From: a virus
Lineage: Duplodnaviria; Caudoviricetes
Reading direction: 5' to 3' (one strand)
Virus record (IMG/VR): IMGVR_UViG_3300020463_000014
Location: 1-64,000 of that record
DNA length: 64,000 nucleotides
Each line of letters starts with the position of its first letter. The first letter of the stretch is position 1. The position numbers and the translations under genes are program-made. Positions 9,219-21,300 of the stretch are shown here, in pieces. The notes under the pieces were generated by a model, which saw only the letters and a program-made list of their open reading frames with translations, was not told where the DNA came from and made no database searches.

Positions 9219-11838
9219 CACTTTTAACACTATAACTATTTTTAGTCTCAAATGTTTGAACTGTACTATTTGCTGATGACGTTCTACCAGTTATATTAAA
9301 TTTATCTCCTCCAGGCCACCAAGATATGCCATGCGCTTCTGCTGATGCAGGTGATGCAACTCCATAACTATTTGAATCAACTGTACTATTATGCAACAAA
9401 GTATCATCTAAATTAATTTGAAAAATTCTATTTGTACTACTAACATTTAATCTTCCATTTGAATCTGCAAATGACATTCCAGTAATTCCTGCTATAGGAA
9501 TATTAGCTGAAGATGAATCTAAACTATAATTCCAAACACTATCACGAGTCATTCCTTCAATTCCAGAATCATAATTATATTTTTGAATTTCATATATATC
9601 ATGACCACCAATATAAAATTTAGTACTAATACTATCTGTAAAATCTATTTCTAAACCACCTGGACCAATATCACTATCAAATGTTATAATCTTTTTTGTA
9701 TGTTCTCTTACAGCAGTATTAGGATCATTTGGTGTATTCATTTTCCATTGTGAAATAATACCAGTTTCATTATGAACATATAGCCTATCATTAAAAGTAT
9801 TAACACTTGAGATATTATTTGTACTAGTCATACTTGAATTTGAATCAGATTTTACTAAATTTGATACTAAATCAAATGAATTTAATTCAATTGTATGAAT
9901 ATACCTATTGCCAGAAAGAAACATTTTATTTGAATCAATTATATTAATACTGTGAAAAGTATCTAAATCATCACCAAGTCTAGAATTAGCTGAGTCTAAA
10001 GTGTTCAATAATATTCTTAAATCATATCCACCTGGTCCAAAATCTTTAGAGCCTGTTATAATAGGAGTAGGTAAATTATATATGCTATATTCGCTATCTG
10101 CAAGTGGCGCAGGAATATTATATTGATATATTATATTTGTATTTTTAGTTAAAACATAAAATTTAGATCCATCTGGACTAAGTCTTATACTTTCGGGCCC
10201 ATGAGGTAATCTAGTATTAGGAAAATTGAAACTTGGATTTTCAAACCTTTCACTAGCAGTTGGAATTCCAATTTCATGCATACCATTCGGAAAACCGGTA
10301 CGAGTTGGTCCAATAGCTGGTCCAGTTGATTGAGACGTCCACTCATTTGTACCATACTTATTTTCAGGATTGCTTCTTGAAGAAGGATCCCATGGTGTAG
10401 ATAAACGATATTCAACAAATCTACCGTGAGTAGCTGCTATTGTTTCACCAATAATCATTCTAGTACCAGAGTAATTAAAACATATTGATTGTGGTAAACC
10501 ATGATGATTATATCTTGCCCATGATTGAGTCACCAACCCATACCGGACCGGGCTAAAGCTTATAAATCCATTATACCTTTTGGACCAACTGTATGCTCCA
10601 TTTGGACCGTATGCTCTAAAATAACCATAAAAACCGCCAGGAAGCTGCTCTTCAAATATTCTTTCATAGCCTGGAACTGTTTCTGTAATTATAGTATCAC
10701 TTGAATCAACAGACAATGAATATATTTGTCCTGAATCTTCTAAACTATATCTATTAATTGTTCCACCAGTTATAACTTGATTGCTTTGATCATAAAATCT
10801 ACTACCAGTTTGTATTGCAACACTAGGCTTTACAAGAGTATAATAGTATTTTCCATCTGGACTTATAAATCCATCTGCTTGATTATTTAATTTTGAAAAA
10901 TGATTTTTAAAGTTATCTTTTCTTATTCCAGTATGCAAATCATATGCAGTAGTTAACCAATATTCTGCAATTTGATTTAAAGTTTTATCAATTACAAATA
11001 ATTTAAGACCATTATAACTAAAACTAAATGTTGAAGCATCATTACTATTCCAAGTATTATTTTTTAAATTTAAAGTTTTTTCAGTAGCATGATCAATGGT
11101 TGAAATATCATAAGCAATATCTAAATTATATGATAATAATTTATTTCCTCCTACATCTAATAAAAATATCATTGTTCCATTTGGATTAAATTTTAAATCA
11201 GAATATCTATCACTAGATGATTTTGTATCTTTACTAGCTAAATATTGTATTAAAGGCACGGTAAAATTACACATAGGTATAACTCTCTCGTGATTAAATT
11301 CAATAAGGTCAGCAGTTTCCCAATTATACAAAAATTTTAATTCTAAATTTGATATATGGTCCCTACCAAAACCTAATGAATCTGCAGTAAAACCACTGTC
11401 TATAATAGGTGTAATATTAACTTCTTTAAACTTTGGACAAGAATCTACTCCAGTAGGATTTATTACTCCATTAAATGTTATAATTGCTGATTTTTCATCA
11501 TCTCCTTCTGATTTTCTTGGAACAAATGAAAATTCTGGACTATTTCCTGTAATTTCTACAATTGGATCAGAAGAACTTGAAGACCATGTAATATTATTAC
11601 CATCACTATCAGTTGAAAATAAAACTAATTGCGCAATAATAGCATTTTGTAAAGGATCAAAAAGAGAATCGTATTCAGCTGATAATCCAATTGTAGTATT
11701 TTTCTTTGATATAGATTTCTCATTACATAATCCAACTGTAACCCAAGAATTGGTTATTTTACTATATTGATAAATTTTGTTTTCTGGAGCAACTAAAACT
11801 TTTCCATTATTTTCTTTTATAAATGTTAAATCTGTCAT
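9214..11838 (-). CDS. Beta-propeller-repeat virion/tail protein
   Basis: Repeated F(N/S)P(N/D)G.K.(F/Y)V.....I.(Q/E)Y.L.T(A/P)(Y/W)D blades typical of beta-propeller phage tail proteins. Confidence 0.7.
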   Translation of the reverse strand: MTDLTFIKENNGKVLVAPENKIYQYSKITNSWVTVGLCNEKSISKKNTTIGLSAEYDSLFDPLQNAIIAQLVLFSTDSDGNNITWSSSSSDPIVEITGNSPEFSFVPRKSEGDDEKSAIITFNGVINPTGVDSCPKFKEVNITPIIDSGFTADSLGFGRDHISNLELKFLYNWETADLIEFNHERVIPMCNFTVPLIQYLASKDTKSSSDRYSDLKFNPNGTMIFLLDVGGNKLLSYNLDIAYDISTIDHATEKTLNLKNNTWNSNDASTFSFSYNGLKLFVIDKTLNQIAEYWLTTAYDLHTGIRKDNFKNHFSKLNNQADGFISPDGKYYYTLVKPSVAIQTGSRFYDQSNQVITGGTINRYSLEDSGQIYSLSVDSSDTIITETVPGYERIFEEQLPGGFYGYFRAYGPNGAYSWSKRYNGFISFSPVRYGLVTQSWARYNHHGLPQSICFNYSGTRMIIGETIAATHGRFVEYRLSTPWDPSSRSNPENKYGTNEWTSQSTGPAIGPTRTGFPNGMHEIGIPTASERFENPSFNFPNTRLPHGPESIRLSPDGSKFYVLTKNTNIIYQYNIPAPLADSEYSIYNLPTPIITGSKDFGPGGYDLRILLNTLDSANSRLGDDLDTFHSINIIDSNKMFLSGNRYIHTIELNSFDLVSNLVKSDSNSSMTSTNNISSVNTFNDRLYVHNETGIISQWKMNTPNDPNTAVREHTKKIITFDSDIGPGGLEIDFTDSISTKFYIGGHDIYEIQKYNYDSGIEGMTRDSVWNYSLDSSSANIPIAGITGMSFADSNGRLNVSSTNRIFQINLDDTLLHNSTVDSNSYGVASPASAEAHGISWWPGGDKFNITGRTSSANSTVQTFETKNSYSVKSV

Positions 11839-14800
11839 ACTGTCAAAGCTCCTATACTATCAACTACTTCAAATAGTAAATTACCTTCAACATATGAATC
11901 AAATCCAACTATTCCTTCACCGGCAAACTGATTTTGACCAATTCTACTAATGGTAGTGTATCGTAATATATGATCTGTTTTCATATCTGTAATACTAAAT
12001 TTATTTCTATCATATCTAAAATTAAATGAAAACTTATCGTTATGCAAATTTCCAAGAATATCAGTTCTTATTATTGGATTAGCTCCAGTAATTCTATTTC
12101 TACCTTCTATTACACCAAATGCCATATTAGGTCTTTGACCAAAAGAATCATCGTAATCAAAATAGTCATTAAAATAAAAATTGGTTTGACTGTATTCACT
12201 ATCTTTAATTGTTTCAACAATAGGTTCAAATAATTGTGAAGTAGAAATTTTCCAATCTATCCAATTATTTGCATCATCTTTATTAAACAAAGAAACTTTT
12301 AATTGTAGACCTGGATTATAACCAATATCCCCAGATTCTTTTACATCATACCAAGCAGGAAAATCAGTACTATCTCTATCAATTACCACTGCATTATTAG
12401 CATCTAAAGTAACAATACCAGATGCATTTAGATCTACATTATTTGTATTAACAATGCTAGTAGTAAACCAATTTACAGATGATACATTAGTGGTTTGATA
12501 TGGTGTAAGAGCAAATGGTGTAACTGTTCCTAAAGAGCTGCTAAAATTAGTTAAAGTTCTTCCGCCATCTAATGTTAAAGGCACAGATGAATCAGTTGGT
12601 AGTATTATAGTATTGCCAACTGCAGTAGTTTGATCTTGAGTAGGTGGATTAAAACTATCTCCAGTAAATTGTAAACCTGTTTGAATTCTAAAATCTTTTA
12701 GCTTTCCATGATATGATTTAAATTCGTTTGCTGTTGATACATTTTTTAAACCTCCAAATGTTCTACCTTTTATTTGATTTCCAGCTCCAATATATAATTT
12801 AGCATTAAAAATAGAAAGATGAGGAGTTAAAAATGGACCATATGCGCTATCAAATTGTTTGCCATCTCTCCATATTCTAATTTTATCGGAATCAACAGTT
12901 ATTGCATTGTGAATCCATCTTGGAGCAAGTATAGCTGCAGAAGTAGAATCTTGAGCATGTATTGTAGCAATTTCTCTTTGATTAGCTGTATATTGATAAT
13001 TTGAATTTTTTGCTACTACCATTTGCCCTAAAGTATCAAGAGATAATAAAGTTCCGCCCTTAAATTCTCCACCACCTTGAGCTTGAATTCCGCCCATTAT
13101 TTTAAACGATGAATCGATTGAAGCATATCCAGATAAATCATTATTCCAACTATTAATATGATATGTAGAATAACTATCGTTTGGTAATCCAAAATGTTGA
13201 TGTAAATTTGGTGGATGTGTATATGAATATACTACATACGAATCAGGTTGATTATGAAAATTGATTCCTGAATTGACTATATTCCAACCACCTGCTCTTT
13301 GAGAATCAGCTCCGGCACCAAAATCTGCAATTCTATTATCAGCAATATCATCATAGATATGAAAATCTTTTAAATATCCTTTAAATGGAGAAGTTATAAT
13401 ATTAGAGTCTTTAATTGCACTAAAATCATTATTATTCCACCAAGGATCTAAAGTAGTATATTTATAAATGTCATGAGAATATTTTCCGCCGGCAGTTCCA
13501 AATAAAATATCATCATTTATTCCGCTTCCCTTTGAAAATATAGGATCAATAACGTTAACATTAGATTTAAAATCTGTAAGAGTTCCACCTATTGTACTAC
13601 TATTTTCATTTTCAGCGCTTACATAATTTGAAAATACACATTTATTAAATGTTGTTGTTGATCCTAAGATTGTGTCATTGCTAGTTGGTTTATTGAAGAA
13701 ATTATGAGTCCATGTAAATTTTTCTGTGCCAGATAAATCAAAATGAACTTTATATGCAGTTGGACCAGTTGATAAAAATGATAATGCGGTATGACCAAGT
13801 AAAGGATTATTAGAATTATTATCAAATTTCTTAAACGTTAAAAATGCTAGTTCAGTATTACTAGTTTGATTTGGTCCAAATATTGGAGAAATAATATCGG
13901 TTGCTGTTCCAGTATAATTAATGTGAACAAGTTTAATGTCATTAGTGTTTCCACAAATCATAATATCTTTAATACCAAATGGTGTTTTAAGAGATGCTAA
14001 ATGTGTTCCCATTGAAGTGGTAACACCCCATGATCCACCGTTTATTGCAGTTACTGAATAATTACCTGGTTCTAATAATAAACAATCTCCATCAGTCATA
14101 CCAGCTATAGTAGATGTAATATCTCCAGGAGTTGAATAGTTTACAATTGATCCACCTGTTCTTAGAATGTAAGATCTAGCTTTATTAATACCATGATCGG
14201 AGCCTTTATATTTTGCTAATCTTCCACCCCAACTTACATGAGAATTTTTGTATTCATCAGTTTCTCCTAAAACAGTTTTATTAACATTAGTTGTTATTGT
14301 AGGAGTATATGCTTCTTTATAATATAACAAATTGTTAGATAAAGGCCATTCTCTACTACCCGATCCATATGAATCTCTGTTAAAATAATAATTTCTTACA
14401 TTTTCGTTAGGCATAATACTAGTATCAATAAAGGGATTTATATTATGTGGTTCTGATAAACCTGTGCTAGAATAATAAATACCATCATTTAAAAATAGAT
14501 CTATACCTAAAGAAGCTCGAGCGTTATTTACTAATTTTACTGGATCATACACCCAATCTTTTTTAATTAACGCAACTTTCAGTTCGAGCTGCTGTTTTAC
14601 AGTTGCATCTTCAAGCCATCCTCTATACGATCCTACGTAATCAGTTCCAGCTCCGTATGTCGCACCTAATTTTGTTAATGTCGTTGCAGCAACTGAATTA
14701 GTTAAAGGATCATTATCTATGCCTTCAGGGTGAAATGTACCACTAAAATCTATATGAGCATGAACATAGTTAATCAGTTTAACATAATCCCACCTGTTAT

Positions 14801-16943
14801 CAAATTGAAATCCAAGTTCAAGGCTAGTATCTGCTCCTATATTTGAAGTAAAATTGACACTTGAAACATATACACCATCTTTATATGTATGCATTTGACC
14901 AGATTGTTCATCAATAATATAACTAGGTATAGCGTACTGTAGACTTTTTGTAGAACTTATTGTTGGAAATTTATATGAATTTGGATAACCAATATGATCT
15001 ATAATTGTAGATCCAGCTCCGGCCATAATATTTTTAACGTTAAAAGTATCTGCAGAAGTATTTGCGGTCAACTGATGCACCATATTACTTGATGTTAAAA
15101 ATGGCGTAATTTTTTCTAATCCAAACATGCTTGCAGGTAAGACATTGTCTAAATTACCAGCTGAACCTCGATGATGTATTTCAAAATATATTATTCTACC
15201 ATTAAGGTTTAAATTTGAACTAGTTCCACAATTAGACAATACTACATTATCGTTTAAACCACCATCAGCGCTTAAAACAGAATAGCCTTCTACTCTTTTT
15301 TCTCCTAATCTTAAAAACAGATTTCCTGCAGCGTCTGTTCTAAATGGATCTGGACCGGGCGGCCCCCATGCTAATGTTTGAGGTGGGAATGTGCTATATA
15401 TTCTTCTATCACCTTCGTGTTTTGTTCCCATATTTGGCTGGTTTTTTAAAATTTTAAATTCTGAAACACCGCCTGGTCCGCCATTTGCCCATCTTAATAA
15501 ACCACTTGTATTACTTGGCCTATGATTAGAAATTTTTATATCATCTTTTCCATTTGGAAAATATCTTTGATTTGAATTATAGTAACTTGGTAAATTTCCA
15601 ATCTTTTTAGTCATTAATGTTATTTCAGCAGGCTGTAATTTAACTGACATTCTTACTTCGTGCCATCTATTTCCTCTTCGCCTCGGAGTGCCAACATCGG
15701 CTTCAAGTTGGCTGTAAGGTATAGGTAAACTGCATGCTAAATAACCGTTGCCAGCTGAAAGATGTAAGTTACTGCCACTTACCTTTAATTCTAAAGCCTC
15801 ATCATCAGCTCCAACTTTAAATACCGTTTTATTGTTAACTGGTGCGCTGTCAAACCAAATATATCCAGCAAATGTAGCATCGTTATATGTGTCAAAATTA
15901 GCTGCAATTATATTTCTTTTTCCAGTAAGATAGCTACTATTAATTACATCATTTGTTCTATACAGTCGATCTGAATCTGGATATAAAAAAGCGCCTTTTT
16001 TATAATCATATACACTAATCATATCATTGACACTAAGGTATCCCATTTTTGGGGCAGTTAAATCAATATCAGTAGTAATATTTTCCCAATTTAAATTTTT
16101 TCCTATAGTATATTGACCTAATTCTGTACTATCATAATAAGACCAATCCAATCCTTTAATACGAATTCCATTAGTATGAACCATTGCTATATTATCTAGA
16201 CCATCATCTATACTTTGATAAGAAAAATTTGAAGTGGCATAGTCATGATTATTATATCCAGGATAAGTTTGTCCAGAAAGTCCATCATTTTTTCTATACC
16301 ATCCACCCATAGATATATGAGTAGATTTTGAAGAATCTAAAACATCATTAGAAGTTAAAACATATGCACCAGAATCTGTTCCTAATGAAGAACTTCTTTC
16401 ATTTACTGTTGAAGTACCAGAAACAAATGATGGAGAACTAACTGACCCAGAAGGATGTGATACTGAACTATGACTTGTTTCACCAAATAAATATGAACTA
16501 CCACCGTGACCACTTCTATATGGATTAATTCCTCTAGAAATTTGAATAGGGCCACCAGCACTAGTAAGAGAGTATGGTTGGTTTGGAATTAAATTTATTG
16601 CTTCAGGAGTACTTGAATCTTTTTCAACAATATCAAAAAGAACTTCTGCATCGTCTTGAGTTTTTGATAATGTATATTGTGAAAAATCTATACTAAACTT
16701 ATCATCAATTGGATCATTATAACCAGTAATTGGAAACTTAAAAGCGCTATCCATAAATAAGTGCGGACCAAGAAAGTTACTTGATGTATGGCCAGCAAAA
16801 AATAAACTATTGCTTGAAGAAACATTTAAGTTAAGTTTAATTACTGTAGAACCAGTTTCTTTTACAAATGCTTCTAGTCCTAAATCAACTGGATCAGAAG
16901 TAGGTGATAAATCACTTGTTAAATTTTTAATATAATCAACCAA
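11835..16943 (-). CDS. Large tail-associated protein with probable LamG/ConA-like lectin domains
   Basis: 1702 aa; TTG start with AAGGA RBS and late promoter. WIHNAITVD..KIRIWRDGK...LYIGA...YHGKLKDFRI is LamG-like. Confidence 0.7.
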   Translation of the reverse strand: MVDYIKNLTSDLSPTSDPVDLGLEAFVKETGSTVIKLNLNVSSSNSLFFAGHTSSNFLGPHLFMDSAFKFPITGYNDPIDDKFSIDFSQYTLSKTQDDAEVLFDIVEKDSSTPEAINLIPNQPYSLTSAGGPIQISRGINPYRSGHGGSSYLFGETSHSSVSHPSGSVSSPSFVSGTSTVNERSSSLGTDSGAYVLTSNDVLDSSKSTHISMGGWYRKNDGLSGQTYPGYNNHDYATSNFSYQSIDDGLDNIAMVHTNGIRIKGLDWSYYDSTELGQYTIGKNLNWENITTDIDLTAPKMGYLSVNDMISVYDYKKGAFLYPDSDRLYRTNDVINSSYLTGKRNIIAANFDTYNDATFAGYIWFDSAPVNNKTVFKVGADDEALELKVSGSNLHLSAGNGYLACSLPIPYSQLEADVGTPRRRGNRWHEVRMSVKLQPAEITLMTKKIGNLPSYYNSNQRYFPNGKDDIKISNHRPSNTSGLLRWANGGPGGVSEFKILKNQPNMGTKHEGDRRIYSTFPPQTLAWGPPGPDPFRTDAAGNLFLRLGEKRVEGYSVLSADGGLNDNVVLSNCGTSSNLNLNGRIIYFEIHHRGSAGNLDNVLPASMFGLEKITPFLTSSNMVHQLTANTSADTFNVKNIMAGAGSTIIDHIGYPNSYKFPTISSTKSLQYAIPSYIIDEQSGQMHTYKDGVYVSSVNFTSNIGADTSLELGFQFDNRWDYVKLINYVHAHIDFSGTFHPEGIDNDPLTNSVAATTLTKLGATYGAGTDYVGSYRGWLEDATVKQQLELKVALIKKDWVYDPVKLVNNARASLGIDLFLNDGIYYSSTGLSEPHNINPFIDTSIMPNENVRNYYFNRDSYGSGSREWPLSNNLLYYKEAYTPTITTNVNKTVLGETDEYKNSHVSWGGRLAKYKGSDHGINKARSYILRTGGSIVNYSTPGDITSTIAGMTDGDCLLLEPGNYSVTAINGGSWGVTTSMGTHLASLKTPFGIKDIMICGNTNDIKLVHINYTGTATDIISPIFGPNQTSNTELAFLTFKKFDNNSNNPLLGHTALSFLSTGPTAYKVHFDLSGTEKFTWTHNFFNKPTSNDTILGSTTTFNKCVFSNYVSAENENSSTIGGTLTDFKSNVNVIDPIFSKGSGINDDILFGTAGGKYSHDIYKYTTLDPWWNNNDFSAIKDSNIITSPFKGYLKDFHIYDDIADNRIADFGAGADSQRAGGWNIVNSGINFHNQPDSYVVYSYTHPPNLHQHFGLPNDSYSTYHINSWNNDLSGYASIDSSFKIMGGIQAQGGGEFKGGTLLSLDTLGQMVVAKNSNYQYTANQREIATIHAQDSTSAAILAPRWIHNAITVDSDKIRIWRDGKQFDSAYGPFLTPHLSIFNAKLYIGAGNQIKGRTFGGLKNVSTANEFKSYHGKLKDFRIQTGLQFTGDSFNPPTQDQTTAVGNTIILPTDSSVPLTLDGGRTLTNFSSSLGTVTPFALTPYQTTNVSSVNWFTTSIVNTNNVDLNASGIVTLDANNAVVIDRDSTDFPAWYDVKESGDIGYNPGLQLKVSLFNKDDANNWIDWKISTSQLFEPIVETIKDSEYSQTNFYFNDYFDYDDSFGQRPNMAFGVIEGRNRITGANPIIRTDILGNLHNDKFSFNFRYDRNKFSITDMKTDHILRYTTISRIGQNQFAGEGIVGFDSYVEGNLLFEVVDSIGALTV

Positions 16944-16971
16944 TAGGAATTTCCTTAATAGTATTTTCTAC

Positions 16972-16979
16972 TATTTATA
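16972..16979 (-). promoter_or_regulatory. T4-type late promoter
   Basis: Exact TATAAATA in the short intergenic region upstream of the 1702-aa gene. Confidence 0.78.
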
Positions 16980-16982
16980 TAC

Positions 16983-18356
16983 TTAATTCCAACCAAAAGA
17001 TCCATTTCCAGTGAATGAATAATATGTATAAGTTCCAACTGTTGTTATTGTAGGAGATCCAGTTACATTTTGTGGTTGCGTTTTTGCAGTTAATACTCTA
17101 AATCTTACTGTCCCATCAGCACCAGCTGCAGGCGATCCACTACTATTAAACATACCTCCACCACCTGAACCCGTATTTGCCGCACCTGATGATGCTGTAG
17201 ATGCTGGACCACTTGTACCACCAACTCCGGATGCACTTGTAGTTGTTCCATATTTCTGTGCTCCAGAGCCACCAGCAGCGTACCAGTTCCCATCTACCCA
17301 TTGTTTACCAATACCACCGGCACCACCAGTATTATGAGAGCCATTACCTCCAGCCCCTCCAGCACCACCGCCACCGCCAGAACCTGGATCACCACTAGTA
17401 AAATTACCACCAGTATTTCTATAACCAGGCGGAGTCTGAAGGTCGGTTGGAGTTCTAAGATTTGCAGCTGGATTACTACTACCACCAGTAGAACCACCAG
17501 CACTTACTGCAGCTTGATAACCATAGCCAGGACCAGCACCACCGCCACCAGATTGTATGTCTGTAGATGCATCAGATGCTAGTACACGACTTAATGTTCC
17601 TGGGTTTGCTGGACCTTGCGAACCACTCCATCCAGTAACGGCAGCGCCTCCAGTCCCAACTGTGACAGCGTATGTAACACCTGCAACTGGAACTAATGTA
17701 CTTTCTCTATATTCACCAGCACCACCGCCACCGCCGTGGCGCATAGCTCCAGAGCCGCCACCACCAACAATTAATAAATCAATTGTTGGTATGAATGCTA
17801 ATGTAAATGCACTTACAGTACTAACTGATCCATTGATTCCATCATTAACATTAAATGTAATGCTAAAAGTTCCCGCATCTGATTCTGATGAAGATGGAGT
17901 TATTGTAAATACATTATCAGCCTGAGCCACTGTTGCTGTACTACCAAGAGAACCTGTTGTAACTGCATAAGACCAAGTTAAAGCAAATCCTTCTGGATCA
18001 GTTGACACCGCAGTAATTACGGTTGGAGTTGCATCTTGTGTTAGTGCATACGTAGCATCAACTCCAGTAATTGCAGTTGGAGATGCATTTGTAACAGTAG
18101 CAATAATAAACCAACCAACTCCATTATAAACATATATTTTATTAGTGGCAGTAACTAACACTGTATCACCAGTATTCATTCCTGTTAATGTTGCAAGATC
18201 ATTAAATGATGCTACCACAGATTGTCCACTTGCACCTGCACCCATACCTGCTGAAGATATTTTTCTATTAGAAGCAGGTGTTGAAGCTTCAGCTACTGAT
18301 GCTAAAGCTCCAGATTTTCCAAATGCTCTTGAGATAAGAGATGCTCTCGATACCAT
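16983..18356 (-). CDS. Glycine-rich domain tail fibre protein
   Basis: Ig/cadherin-like middle segment, then LLIVGGGGSG...GGGGGAG...YAAGGSG...YTYYSFTGNGSF, the glycine-rich C-terminal domain common in marine phage fibres. Confidence 0.75.
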   Translation of the reverse strand: MVSRASLISRAFGKSGALASVAEASTPASNRKISSAGMGAGASGQSVVASFNDLATLTGMNTGDTVLVTATNKIYVYNGVGWFIIATVTNASPTAITGVDATYALTQDATPTVITAVSTDPEGFALTWSYAVTTGSLGSTATVAQADNVFTITPSSSESDAGTFSITFNVNDGINGSVSTVSAFTLAFIPTIDLLIVGGGGSGAMRHGGGGGAGEYRESTLVPVAGVTYAVTVGTGGAAVTGWSGSQGPANPGTLSRVLASDASTDIQSGGGGAGPGYGYQAAVSAGGSTGGSSNPAANLRTPTDLQTPPGYRNTGGNFTSGDPGSGGGGGAGGAGGNGSHNTGGAGGIGKQWVDGNWYAAGGSGAQKYGTTTSASGVGGTSGPASTASSGAANTGSGGGGMFNSSGSPAAGADGTVRFRVLTAKTQPQNVTGSPTITTVGTYTYYSFTGNGSFGWN

Positions 18357-18368
18357 TACTTTTGTCCT

Positions 18369-21300
18369 TTATTTTTCTGTAAATAACCAACCATTAGCCA
18401 CATTATAATATACCAATCCAAACGCAGCTCTATTAACATCAATTGTTAAATCTGAATCAGTACCTTCAATTTTATGACCATTTCTTCCAATTGTAATAGC
18501 GTTTGTAGAAGCTTGTCCTGTTCCATCAATAATTCTAACTTCATCTCCAAGCGTTGCTGTTGCTGGAAGATTAACTGTTTTAGCAGTACTTGTATCAACA
18601 ATTAATCTTTGACCAGCAGTTAATGTTAATGGTGTTGTAGTAACCTCTATCCAAGTATCAGGAGCAGTGGATGATGGTGTTCTTGCTATAACGTACGCAC
18701 TATCAACTAAATTAAATAGAGCCTGGGCATCTACTGTAACATTTGAAGCTTTATTTTCAATTGCAGTAATTACAATTTCATCAGATGTAGAAGCACCAGA
18801 CGTTAGCGTAATAGTATTTGTTATTGGATTAGATGCAAAGTCATCTGAATCCATAAGTTTAATACCATTTTGGAATACATTAAAGTTACTTGAATCAATT
18901 CCTAATGTTTTAGAATTAGCATCAGCACCAGTAAACACTGTTTGACCGTTTGTAGCGATAAACTTAAAGGTGTTCATAAATGTATCGCCAACAACTATAT
19001 GCGATTGTGTAACAGTTTGTGATAAAGTATTAATTACAAGATCATCACCTGAGTCAGCAGTAAATCCATTTAATGTTACTGAATTTGCTGCAGCATTAAC
19101 TGTATAATCTACACCAGATACTAATCGAATACCATTATTAAATACTTGATAATTAGCAGTATCAATTGCAAGAGCTGCACCGTTAGCATCATTTCCAGAG
19201 AATACTGTTTGACCAGAATCTGCTACATAATAATAATTAGCAAAGTTAACAGCATTTGTAAATGTTCCACCCGATGTTCTAGCTTCAATGTATGCGCTAT
19301 CAATCATTCCAGTTACAGCAGCTGAATCTGTACCTGCTGGTAACACACCTGGAGCCCAATAACTATTTGAGTTATCCCAAATTAATATCTGACCTTCAGT
19401 TGGCGCAGTTGTATGAACATCAGCTAATGAAGTAATTGAAGATGTATTATCTAATTTTGTTCCAAGAGCTGTTGCTGTAGTAGCAGCATAATTCGCATCA
19501 TCGCCAAGAGCGGCAGCTAATTCATTTAAAGTATTTAATGTAGCAGGAGCAGCATCTACTAGAGCGGCAACTGCCGAATCAACTGAAGATGAAACTGCAG
19601 CTCCAAGAACATTACCCGTTGGTGATGTAGTTAATGTTTGAATAATTACATCATCTGAATCAGCAGCAGCTAATGTTAAAGTAACAGTATTAGTACTAGC
19701 GTTAACATTATAATCTTCAACTCTATTTAAACGAATACCATTTATGAATACTTGATGATTACTATCTGTTATTGATAGAGATTGTGAATTAAGATCATTG
19801 CCAGTAAATGCCGTTTGGCCAGCTGTTGCTCTAAACTTATAGTCTTTAAAATTAGCTTGACCAGCTACAATGTAGTTAGCTTTAGCGCCAGTGCTAATAT
19901 TAGTTATGACTAAATCATCTCCAACATTTGCTCCAGTAGTAAGAACAACTGCTGTTTTTCCAGATACTGTATAATCAATATCTTTAAGAAGGTGAATACC
20001 ATTTAAATATACTTGAATTCCAGTAGCAGTTACTGCAAGAGTATTACCAGCAACATCTGCGCCACTATATGTTGTTTGGTTAGCAGTTGCAGTAAATCTA
20101 AAGTTAGAATATTCAGATGAAACTGCAGCACCACTAGAAGTTTGTCTTGCTTGAATATAATCGCTATCAATTAAAGCTATTATTGCTGCACTATCTGCAG
20201 AACCTCCACCACTTGCGACAGTACCTGGAATCCAGCTACTTGTTCCAGCATCATATACTAATGCTTGACCATCTGTTGGAGATGAATAAGTAACATCTGT
20301 AAGCCCACCAAGTGTTGTTACACCAGCTGAAGATCTTGCAAGGATATAATCACTATCAATTAACTGAAGAACTTCAGCAGAATCAAATGATGATAATATT
20401 TGTCTTGCTTGAACATATGCTGAATCAACCATTCCACTTACAGCTGAACTATCAATACCAGCCGGAACAACTCTTGCTTGGACATATGCTGAATCGATAA
20501 GAGTAATTGCTTTATCAGAATCTAATTTTGATCCAATAAGAGCAGTAATAGTAGTTGCAAAGTTTTCATCATTTCCAAGTGCAGTTGCAAACTCATTTAA
20601 AGTATCCATTGCAGCTGGAGCGCCATCAATTAAGTTATTAATAGCGGTTGTAATATCAGCACCAGAAGCAAGATCTATCCAGGCTCCGGCATGGGCAAAA
20701 TATGCTTTGCCAGTTGCGTGTACATGAGCAAACATACCGTGATAAGATGAAGCACTTGGAAGATCACCTAATGTTGCATAAACATTAGAATATAGGATCT
20801 TATTTGCGCCCATGTCCAGATCTTTACCAGTAATATTGCTATCTACTCTAGCATCTGTGTAATAAAGATTTGAACCTTCAGCTAATTGACCAGTATTTGC
20901 TCCACTTAGATCAAGCGCAGTTGCAACTCCAAGAGAATCAGTAGTAAGGAATACTCCTCCACTATCTTTAAGTCTTAATCCACCAAGATGAATAGTTGAA
21001 CCGCTTATATACAAATCTTTCCATGCAGCAGTTGGGCTACCAAGATCATATAACTTATCTCCACCTGGAAGAATAGTATTGAACGTTACATTAGTATTTT
21101 CTAATGGAATAGCAGTCCAAGATCCACCTTTAGATATTCTTGCTTTATTATCACTTGTTGTTACTGCAGTCATACCAGGATATGTTACAGGATTTGGTAA
21201 TGATCCAGCAGCAGCTCCTACAGACTTAAAGGTAATTTGATGCGGGCCAAAATCAACTGGTCGGCTACCTATTCCAGTTATTAGATCAACATGAGCACTA